DNA of 51,796 bases from Halobacteroidaceae bacterium (GCA_003554145.1 PWFS01000062.1:1-51796), one strand, 5' to 3'. Numbered from the stretch's first letter, positions 38,774 to 48,095 are shown. The notes: a model not told the origin generated them from the letters alone. Program-made: numbers and translations.

Positions 38774-40834
38774 ATGAAAAGGCTTTCCGAAAAAAGAAAA
38801 AATGAAATTCTGGGCATTATTTTATTTATTCTTGGTTTAATTAACATTCTCCATCTGTTCTGGGGAGAAACCGGAAGGTTTGGAGAAAGAATGTTTGAAT
38901 TTATTGAGCTATTTATAGGCCAGGGAGTTTACCTGTTTCCGCTTTTTTTGTTTTATCTGGGTTACCAGTTAATTCAGAAAAAAAATATCCAGGTAAATAT
39001 TGCTCATCTGGGTATTACCATGGTTTTTCTGGTCTTTTTAGCCTTTTTTCATTCCGGGTTACCTGCGGGAGAAGAACTTTCTGAAGGCCTGCGGGGGCGT
39101 GGCGGGGGCATTATGGGCGGGAGCCTGATCTGGTTGCTCCGACAGTTTTTTGCTGATGTGATTGGCTATATTATACTGGTGGGACTGGGATTGATAGGAG
39201 TGCTATTGTGGTCAGGCCTGGATCTAAAGGACATGGGTAAAAAACCTTTTGAGATTTTTTCTCTTCGCCGTCGTAGCAAGAAGGCCCCTCCCAGAAAAAA
39301 AGCCCGTAAACCTCGACCAAAACGAATTAAAAAAGAGAAAGAAAAAATTCGGGAAGAGGATATTGTCGAAGAAGATGAAGAAGAGGGGGTTATTACTCCC
39401 CGGCCCCAGCAGGGATATCAATTACCCCCGCTGGATGTTCTCCGCTCCCATAACGGGGGTTCTGGAAAAAAGCCGGATGATCAGAGCAGGCTTTTGGAAA
39501 AAACCCTGGCCGATTTTGGAATAGAAGCCCAGGTGATAAAAGTTACCCATGGTCCCCGTATATCGCGCTATGAAATTCAGCCTGCTCCAGGGGTCAAGGT
39601 TAGCCGAATTGTTAACCTGGCCGATGATCTGGCCCTGGCTCTGGCTGCTCCTGATGTCAGGATTGAGGCCCCAATTCCCGGTAAAGCTGCTCTGGGAATT
39701 GAAGTTCCTCATAATGCCCAGCAGGTTGTTGGGCTGCGGGAAATTCTTTCCAGCACCGCTTATACTGATAATCCCTCTCTTTTAGCCCTGGTTTTGGGTA
39801 AGGATATCAGCGGGCAACCAGTAATTAAAGATCTGGGCAAAATGCCTCATCTGCTTATTGCCGGGGCAACGGGAACCGGAAAAAGTGTTGCTCTTAACAC
39901 ACTTATCCTCAGCATTCTGTACCGGGCTACTCCTCACGAGGTCAGATTGGTTTTGATTGATCCCAAGCAGGTGGAGCTGACCAATTTTAAAAATCTTCCC
40001 CATCTCCTGGTTCCTGTGGTCAACCATGTTAACAAGGCTGCAGGGGTATTACAGCAGATGGTAGAAGAGATGCAGCGCCGCTATGAATTATTTGCTGAAC
40101 TGGGAGTCAGGGGGATTGGGGAATATAATGAAATTCAGGAAACAGATGAACCGGAAAAGGTTTTACCCCTGATTGTAATAATAATAGATGAACTGGCGGA
40201 TCTTATGATGGCGGCTCCCAAGGAGGTTGAGGATTCTATCTGCCGCCTGGCTCAGATGGCCCGAGCTGCCGGAATTCATCTGATAATTGCTACCCAGAGA
40301 CCTTCAGTAGATATAATTACCGGTTTGATTAAGGTAAATATTCCCACGCGAATTTCCTTTTACGTTTCTTCCCAGACCGATTCCCGGACCATTCTGGATA
40401 TGGGAGGAGCCGAGAAACTAATGGGAGATGGGGATATGCTTTATTCGCCGGTAGGGGCTATTAAGCCGACGAGAATTCAGGGCCCCTTTGTTTCCACTGC
40501 AGAAGTAAAGAAAGTGGTAAAATTTGTCCGGGATCAGCAGGACCCTGATTATGAAATGAATCTGGAGGATATTGGTAGCGCAGAAACCAGGGTTTCTTCC
40601 GAGAAAAGGGATTCTCTGTACCCCGAAGCCGCCCGACTGGTGGTAGAAAGTGGCCAGGCATCTATATCCATTTTACAAAGGCGTTTAAATATAGGCTATA
40701 CCCGGGCTGCCCGGTTAATTGATACCATGGAACAGGACGGGATTATTGGTTCTTTTGCGGGAAGCAAGCCCCGCAAGGTCCTGCTGGGAGAAGAAGAGCT
40801 GGAGGATTTTCTTGAAGGAATTCAGGAAGGATAG
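38774..40834 (+). CDS. ftsK: DNA translocase FtsK/SpoIIIE
   Basis: N-terminal TM segments, MPHLLIAGATGTGKS, IIIDELADL, ATQRPS, gamma domain LQRRLNIGYTRAARLID. Confidence 0.97.
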   Translation: MKRLSEKRKNEILGIILFILGLINILHLFWGETGRFGERMFEFIELFIGQGVYLFPLFLFYLGYQLIQKKNIQVNIAHLGITMVFLVFLAFFHSGLPAGEELSEGLRGRGGGIMGGSLIWLLRQFFADVIGYIILVGLGLIGVLLWSGLDLKDMGKKPFEIFSLRRRSKKAPPRKKARKPRPKRIKKEKEKIREEDIVEEDEEEGVITPRPQQGYQLPPLDVLRSHNGGSGKKPDDQSRLLEKTLADFGIEAQVIKVTHGPRISRYEIQPAPGVKVSRIVNLADDLALALAAPDVRIEAPIPGKAALGIEVPHNAQQVVGLREILSSTAYTDNPSLLALVLGKDISGQPVIKDLGKMPHLLIAGATGTGKSVALNTLILSILYRATPHEVRLVLIDPKQVELTNFKNLPHLLVPVVNHVNKAAGVLQQMVEEMQRRYELFAELGVRGIGEYNEIQETDEPEKVLPLIVIIIDELADLMMAAPKEVEDSICRLAQMARAAGIHLIIATQRPSVDIITGLIKVNIPTRISFYVSSQTDSRTILDMGGAEKLMGDGDMLYSPVGAIKPTRIQGPFVSTAEVKKVVKFVRDQQDPDYEMNLEDIGSAETRVSSEKRDSLYPEAARLVVESGQASISILQRRLNIGYTRAARLIDTMEQDGIIGSFAGSKPRKVLLGEEELEDFLEGIQEG

Positions 40835-40845
40835 GACTGGATGGT

Positions 40846-41610
40846 ATGGATAGGTTTTATCTGGAGTATAAAATTCTGGTGAATCGGGTTGGGCTGCTGG
40901 GAGATGTTTCCTCCCTGATGGGAATGCTGGGGATTAATATTATCAGCATTGGAGGAATTCCTCCTGATCGCAGATGCTTCCTCCTTGAAGTGCCGGGATC
41001 CGAATACCTAACCCCGGTAAAAAGCTCGCTGGGACTTTCTCCGCACCTGGAATTACTGGAACTTCACCCTCCCACTTATATTGATTTGCTGACCATGCGT
41101 CATGGCCGCAAAATCTACTCTCAGGGAGATCCCCCCATGTTTCATTTTCAAAGGCAGGAGCTTCCCATTCTGGTGGATTTTATGGCTGAAACTATCCGGG
41201 AAAAAAGGTTGCCCCTGATAGGCATTCAGGGTTCACCCCGGGTGGGAAAAACTGAAGCTGCTATTGCTGCCTGTGTTCATGCCAGCAAAAAATGGATTCT
41301 TTTTTCCACTACTTTTATCCGCCAGATGGTCAGAGAGGAAATGGACTTTTCTGCCCTGGACGAGGACAGTGTAATTATTATTGATGCTCTTACTTCTCTT
41401 CACCGGTCCGGACCCCGCCACCGGCGGCTCCTAAAAGAAATCCTGCAACAGCCTCAGGCCAAGATTGTGGAACATCCCCGTGTATTTGTGGAGGAACTGG
41501 ATTATGAGTTTGAAAATTTTGATGCCCTGATTTTCTTAAAGAAAGATGCAGAGGAGAATGGAGAGGAAGAACTGGAACCAAATCCGTTTAATCATTTTGA
41601 TATAAGCTAA
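40846..41610 (+). CDS. ymfK: YmfK-like protein (ACT domain plus DUF3388)
   Basis: YLEYKI..NR.GLLGDVSSLMGML.INI, GSPRVGKTE, VEHP; precedes a rodZ-like gene as ymfK does in B. subtilis. Confidence 0.8.
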   Translation: MDRFYLEYKILVNRVGLLGDVSSLMGMLGINIISIGGIPPDRRCFLLEVPGSEYLTPVKSSLGLSPHLELLELHPPTYIDLLTMRHGRKIYSQGDPPMFHFQRQELPILVDFMAETIREKRLPLIGIQGSPRVGKTEAAIAACVHASKKWILFSTTFIRQMVREEMDFSALDEDSVIIIDALTSLHRSGPRHRRLLKEILQQPQAKIVEHPRVFVEELDYEFENFDALIFLKKDAEENGEEELEPNPFNHFDIS

Positions 41611-41618
41611 AAGGGTGG

Positions 41619-42047
41619 ATGCAAATGAATCAAATAGGAAAAGAATTAAAAGAGATCCGTGAAGAAAAGGGAATTTCCCTGGAAGAAGTGGCCGAGAAAA
41701 CAAAAATCCCTCTTCGTTTCCTACAGGCCATAGAAAACGGGAGATGGGAGGAATTGCCAGAAGAAGTGTACCTGCGGGGTTTCATAAAAACCTACGCCGA
41801 AGTTTTGGGGCTGGATGGCAAGAAATTTGTGGACAATTATAAACGGTCTCAGTCCCAGGAAGTTACCCCCGATGTTCCAGAAAAAGAAGCCGAGGTAGGG
41901 GAAGAGGAGGATCAAGATCAATTTCTCCATGTTCCCGAAGAAGACCTGGAAGAAGAAGATCAGGGACAGTTCCTTTTAATAATCATTATTCTGGTCCTGG
42001 TCGGGTTGGGGGTAATAGGTTTTCTGGCCTGGCAATTCTGGTTTTAG
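41619..42047 (+). CDS. rodZ: RodZ/YmfM-like HTH membrane protein ending at its TM helix
   Basis: IGKELKEIREEKGISLEEVAEKTKI...AIENG...LP..VYLRGFIKTYA HTH, acidic linker, single C-terminal TM helix. Confidence 0.75.
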   Translation: MQMNQIGKELKEIREEKGISLEEVAEKTKIPLRFLQAIENGRWEELPEEVYLRGFIKTYAEVLGLDGKKFVDNYKRSQSQEVTPDVPEKEAEVGEEEDQDQFLHVPEEDLEEEDQGQFLLIIIILVLVGLGVIGFLAWQFWF

Positions 42048-42057
42048 GAGCTAAAAT

Positions 42058-42759
42058 ATGACCTGGTACCAAATGATTTTTGTGGGGCTTCTTCTGCTGG
42101 CAATGGTGGTTGGTGGAAGAAGGGGGTTTTTCAGTTCCCTTCTTCGATCCATCAAGTTCCTGATCACCCCTGTTCTGATTTATTTCTGGTCTTTCCCTAT
42201 AGCTCGTTCTATAATTGATAGTTTAAACCTGAAGCAATATATGGAGTTGGGTTTGCAGGAGGTACTTAATCCAGTAACCGGAAAAGCTAAAGAACAGGTT
42301 ATTTCTTATCTGGAACAGCTCTCTGTTTCCAATCCCAGCCATTTTCTGGTGCGGGAATCTTTGCATACCGAAAAAGTTATGGGAACCGGGCTGGAATCAA
42401 TGGAAATCATTGAACTTCTGGCTGGTACCCTTGCTGTTGTTTTTGCCCTGCACGTTGCTTTTTTGTTAATTTTTATTATTGCTTTCCTTGCAGAAAAGAT
42501 TTTGATTTTACTGGTAGAAACAATTATTTCGCGAAATAGAATAATATCTCTCTGGTCCCGCCTCCTGGGAGGGCTATTAACAGCAGGACACGCCACAATT
42601 TTTCTGGCTTTCATTTTAATTCTTATTCAACCCTTATTTGATTTTTTCATTATTGATTTTCCCGAATATCTAAACCCTTATGGTTATTTTAAGTCCTGGC
42701 TGGAACCCTTCAGCCCCTGGCTGGTTGATCAAATCCGCAATTTTGTCCTGGGGGGTTAA
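42058..42759 (+). CDS. CvpA-like membrane protein
   Basis: N-terminal TM followed by G.RRGF, later SRLLGGLL; TM layout typical of the CvpA family. Confidence 0.6.
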   Translation: MTWYQMIFVGLLLLAMVVGGRRGFFSSLLRSIKFLITPVLIYFWSFPIARSIIDSLNLKQYMELGLQEVLNPVTGKAKEQVISYLEQLSVSNPSHFLVRESLHTEKVMGTGLESMEIIELLAGTLAVVFALHVAFLLIFIIAFLAEKILILLVETIISRNRIISLWSRLLGGLLTAGHATIFLAFILILIQPLFDFFIIDFPEYLNPYGYFKSWLEPFSPWLVDQIRNFVLGG

Positions 42760-43470
42760 ATGATGCGCCACGAAACCCGAGAACCGTTCAAGGTCTGGTG
42801 GGGACCAGGTGAACTTTTATTGGTTTTTATTGGGCCAATTCTGTTTTTTATTCTGGTTGATTTGTTTTTTGCTCCCCGGGGAATCTGGGCCCCCTTAATT
42901 TCCGGATTAATTCAGGGCCTCGGCATTTTGTTATTTTCCTGGCTTTTTGTAGGAACTGGTTATGGTTATAGTTTATGGGCCCAAAAGTTTTTGCCGGTTA
43001 AGGGCAGGGTTTTAAAGATAATCAAGTGGAGCCTGCTATTATGGTTGGGGGCTACTTTTTTAAATTTCGTTATGCAGGTTCTTCTGGCGGGCTTTCTGGG
43101 ATTATCCCCTGAACCCCAGGAAATGATAGTTTATATCGTGGAACAGGTAGAAGGGATCCACTTATTATTATATCCCCTGCTGGTTGTAATTCTGGCTCCA
43201 GTGGCAGAGGAGGTTTTTTTCCGGGGCCTCCTTTATAATTATCTTCGGGGGTTGTTGCCTCTGAGATGGGCTGCTATAATCAGTAGCGGGCTCTTCGCCC
43301 TGGCCCATGGTGAAATATGGGCCTTTTTCCCTACCTTCCTGGGGGGACTGGGGTTTGTCTACATTTTTGAAAAAGCCAAAAGTTTATGGGCACCGGTAAT
43401 TGCCCATATTATATGGAATGGCATGGGTTTTGTTCTGTTGTATGCCGGAAGATTTCTGGGCCTTTATTAG
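42760..43470 (+). CDS. CPBP (type II CAAX / Abi) intramembrane protease
   Basis: APVAEEVFFRG, FALAH, AHIIWN motifs. Confidence 0.9.
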   Translation: MMRHETREPFKVWWGPGELLLVFIGPILFFILVDLFFAPRGIWAPLISGLIQGLGILLFSWLFVGTGYGYSLWAQKFLPVKGRVLKIIKWSLLLWLGATFLNFVMQVLLAGFLGLSPEPQEMIVYIVEQVEGIHLLLYPLLVVILAPVAEEVFFRGLLYNYLRGLLPLRWAAIISSGLFALAHGEIWAFFPTFLGGLGFVYIFEKAKSLWAPVIAHIIWNGMGFVLLYAGRFLGLY

Positions 43471-43484
43471 GGGGGATAAAATTA

Positions 43485-44234
43485 ATGAAAATTTTATTAA
43501 CCAATGACGATGGTTTGTATGCACCCGGAATCAACTGTCTTTTTAATGTTCTAAAAGAAAAGCATACTGTTTATGCAGTTGCCCCCGAAAGAGAAATGAG
43601 TGCTACCGGCCATGCCATAACCCTGCACAAACCTCTAAGGGTTAAAGAGGTGGAATTGGAGGCAGGAATGGCCCAGGCGGTTAATGGAACTCCTTCGGAC
43701 TGTGTAAAACTGGCCCTGGAGGCCATCCTTCCTTCGCCTCCTGATCTTGTAATATCGGGAATTAATCGCGGTCCCAACCTGGGAAATGATGTTTTTTATT
43801 CTGGAACAGTTTCTGCTGCAGTGGAAGGATATTTTCTGGGGTTCCCTGCTCTTGCGGTTTCCCTGGTAATAAAAAATGACTTTGCTGATTTTGATTTTGG
43901 TGCCCGATATATTAATGATTTACTTTCTCGCCACGGGCAGAAAATAATTAACAGCAGGTATCTTTTGAATATTAATTTTCCTCCCGGAGGTCAGGAAGAA
44001 ATTAGGGGAACCAAAATTACCCGCTTAAGCAAGAGAAATTTTTCCAATATTTTTGATCAAAGAATTGACCCCCGGGGTGAAAAATATTACTGGATGACTG
44101 GAAGCATTGAAGAAAAGAAGGAAGAAGGTAGCGATACACTGGCTATTGAAGAGGGGTTTGTTTCTATTACTCCCCTTTGTGTGGATCTGACCCATCATGA
44201 GCAGTTAAAAGATCTGAAAAACCTGGACTGGTAA
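43485..44234 (+). CDS. surE: 5'/3'-nucleotidase SurE
   Basis: MKILLTNDDG, GTPSDCV, SGINRGPNLG, YSGTVSAA; start ATG 43485. Confidence 0.96.
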   Translation: MKILLTNDDGLYAPGINCLFNVLKEKHTVYAVAPEREMSATGHAITLHKPLRVKEVELEAGMAQAVNGTPSDCVKLALEAILPSPPDLVISGINRGPNLGNDVFYSGTVSAAVEGYFLGFPALAVSLVIKNDFADFDFGARYINDLLSRHGQKIINSRYLLNINFPPGGQEEIRGTKITRLSKRNFSNIFDQRIDPRGEKYYWMTGSIEEKKEEGSDTLAIEEGFVSITPLCVDLTHHEQLKDLKNLDW

Positions 44235-44268
44235 ACATCCTGCGATTAACAGGCTGGAAATAGTTTGT

Positions 44269-44296
44269 TTGATAATGTTCCAATCTATGTTATAAT
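44269..44296 (+). promoter_or_regulatory. sigmaA promoter of the degV-like gene
   Basis: TTGATA, 16 bp spacer, TATAAT (44291-44296) with TG extension. Confidence 0.6.
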
Positions 44297-44326
44297 CAAT
44301 TAAAATGAGATGGGGAGGGCTGAAAT

Positions 44327-45160
44327 TTGGGGAAAATTAAGGTTATTACTGATGGTGCTTCAAGCTTGCCCCGTTTTCTGACGGAAAAACTGAACATTGG
44401 GGTGGTAAATATCCCTGTTGTCTGTGAGGGTCAGGAGATTCCTACCGATACCATGGATGAATTTTATAATGTTCTGGAAAAAGGGAAAATGCCCAAAACT
44501 TCGGCACCTGCTCCCGGCGATTTCCTGAAAAAATTCCAGGAAACACTAAAAGAATATGATACCATAATTTCTATACACATCAGTGGGAAAGTTAGTGCTA
44601 CCTACCAGTCTGCCTGCCTGGCCCGGGAAATGCTTCCTGAGGAGGATATCCATGTGATTGATTCCAACAATATTTCCATGGCTACCGGGTTTATGGTGTT
44701 AACTGCTGCCAGGAAGGTTATTGAAGGCTTATCTGTTGAGGAAATCAAGGAACAGGTAGAAACTCTGAAAGAAAAGGTAGGAGGAATGGTGGTTTTGCCC
44801 ACCCTGAAATATCTGGCCCGCAGTGGTAGGGTTTCTCAGATTCAGGCGCTGCTGGGAAATATTCTTTCTATTAAACCCATTTTGATAATTAATTCCGGTG
44901 AGGTTAAGGTAATAGATAAAACCAGATCGGTTGGTGGGTCTCTTAACCGTATGCTTGAACTGGCCAGGAAACGAGTGGGGGAATCCCGCCTGCAGGTTGC
45001 GGTTATCCATTCCAATGCCGTGGAAAAAGCCAATAATTTTGTCGACCGGGTTTGGGAAAACTTAAATTGCTCCGATGTTTTTATCTCGGAAATGGGTCCC
45101 GGCCTTGCTGTGCATGGCGGCCCCACTATGATTGGTCTGGTCTGGATGAAAGAAAATTAA
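44327..45160 (+). CDS. DegV / FakB family fatty-acid-binding protein
   Basis: VITD, PKTSAP, SATYQSA, VIDS, LARSGR, IKPIL, VHGGP. Confidence 0.92.
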   Translation: MGKIKVITDGASSLPRFLTEKLNIGVVNIPVVCEGQEIPTDTMDEFYNVLEKGKMPKTSAPAPGDFLKKFQETLKEYDTIISIHISGKVSATYQSACLAREMLPEEDIHVIDSNNISMATGFMVLTAARKVIEGLSVEEIKEQVETLKEKVGGMVVLPTLKYLARSGRVSQIQALLGNILSIKPILIINSGEVKVIDKTRSVGGSLNRMLELARKRVGESRLQVAVIHSNAVEKANNFVDRVWENLNCSDVFISEMGPGLAVHGGPTMIGLVWMKEN

Positions 45161-45162
45161 AG

Positions 45163-45185
45163 AAAAGCCTTCCGAGGCTTTTTTT
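45163..45185 (+). terminator. Intrinsic terminator after degV
   Basis: AAAAGCCT-tccg-AGGCTTTT plus T-tract. Confidence 0.75.
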
Positions 45186-45466
45186 ATTAGGAATTCTGGA
45201 AAAATAGCTGGGGTTTACTTGGAGAAGCTTGGAAAAAGATGTTACCAGAAATCGTTCTTAATAAGGCGTTTTTCCCCGTATATGGAGGAAAGGATTAGTA
45301 GAGATGATTTCTTGACTGATTATAAAACTTGCTTTTTGGAAGAAAAAATGATAAAAATATCCTAGTAAATCTCCCGGGGAAATGGGGTTTTTTCTAATCG
45401 ATTAAAGGAATAAACCCTGGGAAAAGAGAAATATTAGGGAGAAAGAAATTACATGCAAAGGGAGGA

Positions 45467-46972
45467 ATGAAAATGGGAAAAAAGAAAAAGTTGACCTCTA
45501 TTCTGGGGCAACCAGTTGGTAACGATCAGGCTTCTTTAACTACAGGAAAACCACCCTTTACTCTCCTTGGTGATACTCACCTTATAGAAAAACTGGCTCA
45601 CTTTAACCGGGAGAGAATTCCCGAAAGGGTGGTCCACGCTAAAGGGGCAGGGGCCTATGGGTATTTTGAGGTTACCCATGATGTTTCAAAGTATACCTGC
45701 GCTTCGTTCCTGTCAGAAGTAGGAAAGAAAACGGAAGTTTTTGCTCGCTTTTCTACGGTAGGTGGAGAGAAAGGTTCGGCCGATTCGGAAAGAGATCCCC
45801 GGGGGTTTGCTGTTAAGTTTTATACTGATGAAGGGAACTATGATATGGTGGGTAACAATACCCCGGTATTTTTTATCAGGGACGCCATCAAATTCCCTGA
45901 CTTTATCCACACTCAAAAGAGAGATCCAGTCAAAAATACCAAGGATCCCGATATGTTCTGGGATTTCCTTTCCCTGACCCCGGAATCAATTCATCAGGTT
46001 ACCATACTTTTTTCCGACAGGGGAACTCCCGCCGGATACCGGAACATAAATGGCTATGGTAGCCACACCTTTATGATGTATAAGAATCAGGAGGATTATT
46101 GCTGGGTAAAAATTCATTTTAAAACGGAACAGGGCATAAAAAACCTTACCATGGAAGAGGCTGGCGAACTGGCCGGGAAAGACCCGGATCATGCCACCCG
46201 AGATCTGTTTGATAGTATCGAGCAGGGAGATTATCCTTCCTGGAAAGTATATATTCAGGTTATGACTCCGGAACAGGCTCGGGAATACAAGTTTGATCCT
46301 TTTGACGTTACCAAAGTCTGGTTTCAGTCCGAATTTCCCCTGATCCCAGTAGGAAGAATGGTTTTAAACCGTAACCCGGTAAATTATTTTACTGACGTGG
46401 AACAGGCTGCTTTTTCCCCTGGGAATTTTGTTCCCGGTATCTGGGCTTCGCCGGATAAAATGCTGCAGGGCAGGATGTTTGCTTACCCTGACACTCATCG
46501 TCACCGCCTGGGAGTTAATCATCATCAGATTTCGGTTAATGCTCCCCGGGCTGCAAATCCCCTATCCTATCAACGGGATGGAACAATGAGTAATTTCCAG
46601 GTTGGAGCTCCTAATTATTATCCCAATACTATGGAAGAAGTGGAAGTTTCCCCGGAAAAGCTACCTCCTTCACTGGAAGTCGGAGATGGCGTTCAACGCA
46701 GCGAGTATGAATTGAAAGAAGTCGATTTTGTTCAGGCCGGGGAACTATATCGGCGGGTAATGAGTGAACAGGATCGCAAAAACCTGGTAAAAAACATTGC
46801 CGCTCACTTGCAGAATGCCCAGGAAAGGATACAATATCGGCAAACAGCCCTCTTTTTTAAGGCTGATGAAAATTATGGGGCCGAAGTAGGCAAAGCCCTG
46901 GGAATCGATATGGACCGGGTAAAAAAACTGGCGGCCCTGGATCAAGAAGAGAGAGTGGCTGCTACAGAATAA
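45467..46972 (+). CDS. katA: Monofunctional small-subunit heme catalase
   Basis: [15 protein letters not shown] (distal His), [18 protein letters not shown] (proximal Tyr). Confidence 0.97.
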   Translation: MKMGKKKKLTSILGQPVGNDQASLTTGKPPFTLLGDTHLIEKLAHFNRERIPERVVHAKGAGAYGYFEVTHDVSKYTCASFLSEVGKKTEVFARFSTVGGEKGSADSERDPRGFAVKFYTDEGNYDMVGNNTPVFFIRDAIKFPDFIHTQKRDPVKNTKDPDMFWDFLSLTPESIHQVTILFSDRGTPAGYRNINGYGSHTFMMYKNQEDYCWVKIHFKTEQGIKNLTMEEAGELAGKDPDHATRDLFDSIEQGDYPSWKVYIQVMTPEQAREYKFDPFDVTKVWFQSEFPLIPVGRMVLNRNPVNYFTDVEQAAFSPGNFVPGIWASPDKMLQGRMFAYPDTHRHRLGVNHHQISVNAPRAANPLSYQRDGTMSNFQVGAPNYYPNTMEEVEVSPEKLPPSLEVGDGVQRSEYELKEVDFVQAGELYRRVMSEQDRKNLVKNIAAHLQNAQERIQYRQTALFFKADENYGAEVGKALGIDMDRVKKLAALDQEERVAATE

Positions 46973-46990
46973 AAAAATAGGGCAATGAGG

Positions 46991-47026
46991 TTGGGCTGCG
47001 GGTTTAACTGCAGCCCAATTTTTTTT
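46991..47026 (+). terminator. Intrinsic terminator after catalase
   Basis: TTGGGCTGCGG ... CTGCAGCCCAA stem plus T8. Confidence 0.8.
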
Positions 47027-47051
47027 AAAAAGATATTAGTAAGCAAAAAAG

Positions 47052-47069
47052 ATTACCCCCGGGGGTAAT
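47052..47069. promoter_or_regulatory. Perfect 18-bp palindrome resembling a CsoR/RcnR-family operator
   Basis: ATTACCCCCGGGGGTAAT (TAC, C-tract, G-tract, GTA), just upstream of an extended -10 TGcTATATT (47089-47097). Confidence 0.5.
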
Positions 47070-47180
47070 GTTCATCCCATTTAATTAATGCTATATTGTA
47101 ACTGATAAGAGCAAATGCGTTTGTTTCCCGCAAAAGTGTATTCTGGGGTTGTAATTTGCATTAGGTGAAGGAGGTTTAAA

Positions 47181-47340
47181 TTGAGAGAGGAATATATTTA
47201 ATTAAGGGAATGGAGTTCAGTTAATGGCTTATACTTAAACCTGGCAATTTGAATAATACTTTAAATGAAAAGGAAAAAGTTGGTTCTGGATAAAGTGTTT
47301 TGATCTCTTTTTTTTCCAGAAAAAAGTATTTGTGTTAAAA
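47181..47340 (+). pseudogene. Possible decayed heavy-metal-associated (HMA; CopZ/CadA-like) gene
   Basis: Strong SD GAAGGAGGT plus TTG; after a one-base frameshift it reads IKGME-F-S-*-W, in register with G-M-x-C-x-x-C; several stops follow. Confidence 0.35.
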
Positions 47341-47504
47341 AAAAGGTGAGGAATAAAAGTTTGAAAAAGGGAGGGAGCTTACTAAGGCCCGAGGTTTGAT
47401 CATTAAAGATTTTGATACTGTTTTTAAAACGGAAAAATAAACTGGGAAATCGGCGGATTTTTCTCTTTCTTATTTTTAATTTCCAACAAAAAAGGGGGCT
47501 AAAA

Positions 47505-48008
47505 ATGAAAAAAGAAATGGTTATAGTCGTTCTGATCCTGATCTTCTTGGTTTCCTTATCTTCAGCAGCGGAAGCCAGGTTTTATATTGGGGGTATGTAT
47601 GCCCGGCAACTGGAACATGATGCTCCGGGCACCAGCTGGCTGGGGATAACCCTTCGTTCTCTGGGAAATGGTCTTTTTGGCTCCGACCTTGATTTCCGCT
47701 TTCATTCTGGGGATTATATGGGAGAAGACTATTTTATCTTAAGAATCAATCCCTTTCTCCATTTAAATTTAAAACTGGGACAATTAAACTTATATGGAGG
47801 TATCAGTCCCTTTACAGTTCAGTACCTATCCTATGGCGAAGGGGAATGGGAGTTTGATTTTCACCTTTTTTATGCAAAAGCTGGCGCCCAATACGATTTT
47901 GGTCCACTGGGAGTTTTTGCCCATGGGCTCAATCGTCTGGAACTTGATGATATTGAGGGGTCTTTACGGCAAATGGGGCTGGAATTTGGTGCGGCCTTTG
48001 GATTTTAA
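47505..48008 (+). CDS. Putative small outer-membrane beta-barrel protein
   Basis: Sec signal peptide ending AEA, alternating hydrophobic/polar segments rich in Gly and aromatics, C-terminal GLEFGAAFGF ending in Phe; start ATG 47505. Confidence 0.65.
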   Translation: MKKEMVIVVLILIFLVSLSSAAEARFYIGGMYARQLEHDAPGTSWLGITLRSLGNGLFGSDLDFRFHSGDYMGEDYFILRINPFLHLNLKLGQLNLYGGISPFTVQYLSYGEGEWEFDFHLFYAKAGAQYDFGPLGVFAHGLNRLELDDIEGSLRQMGLEFGAAFGF

Positions 48009-48095
48009 GAATTAGCCGGGGAAATAGTTTACAAAGTAAGAATTCCCCCTGGTATTTATCTATTTGGGGCTATGGACACAACAGGAGGGGTGGAA

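Noticed and set aside
45300-45360. PerR/Fur box upstream of catalase
   Set aside because: Only a half-site (ATTATAA) in an AT-rich region; no full palindrome
47105-47160. GCAAA...CGCAAA pair reminiscent of a c-di-GMP-I riboswitch
   Set aside because: The intervening 13 nt has no stem or GNRA tetraloop and no matching receptor stem
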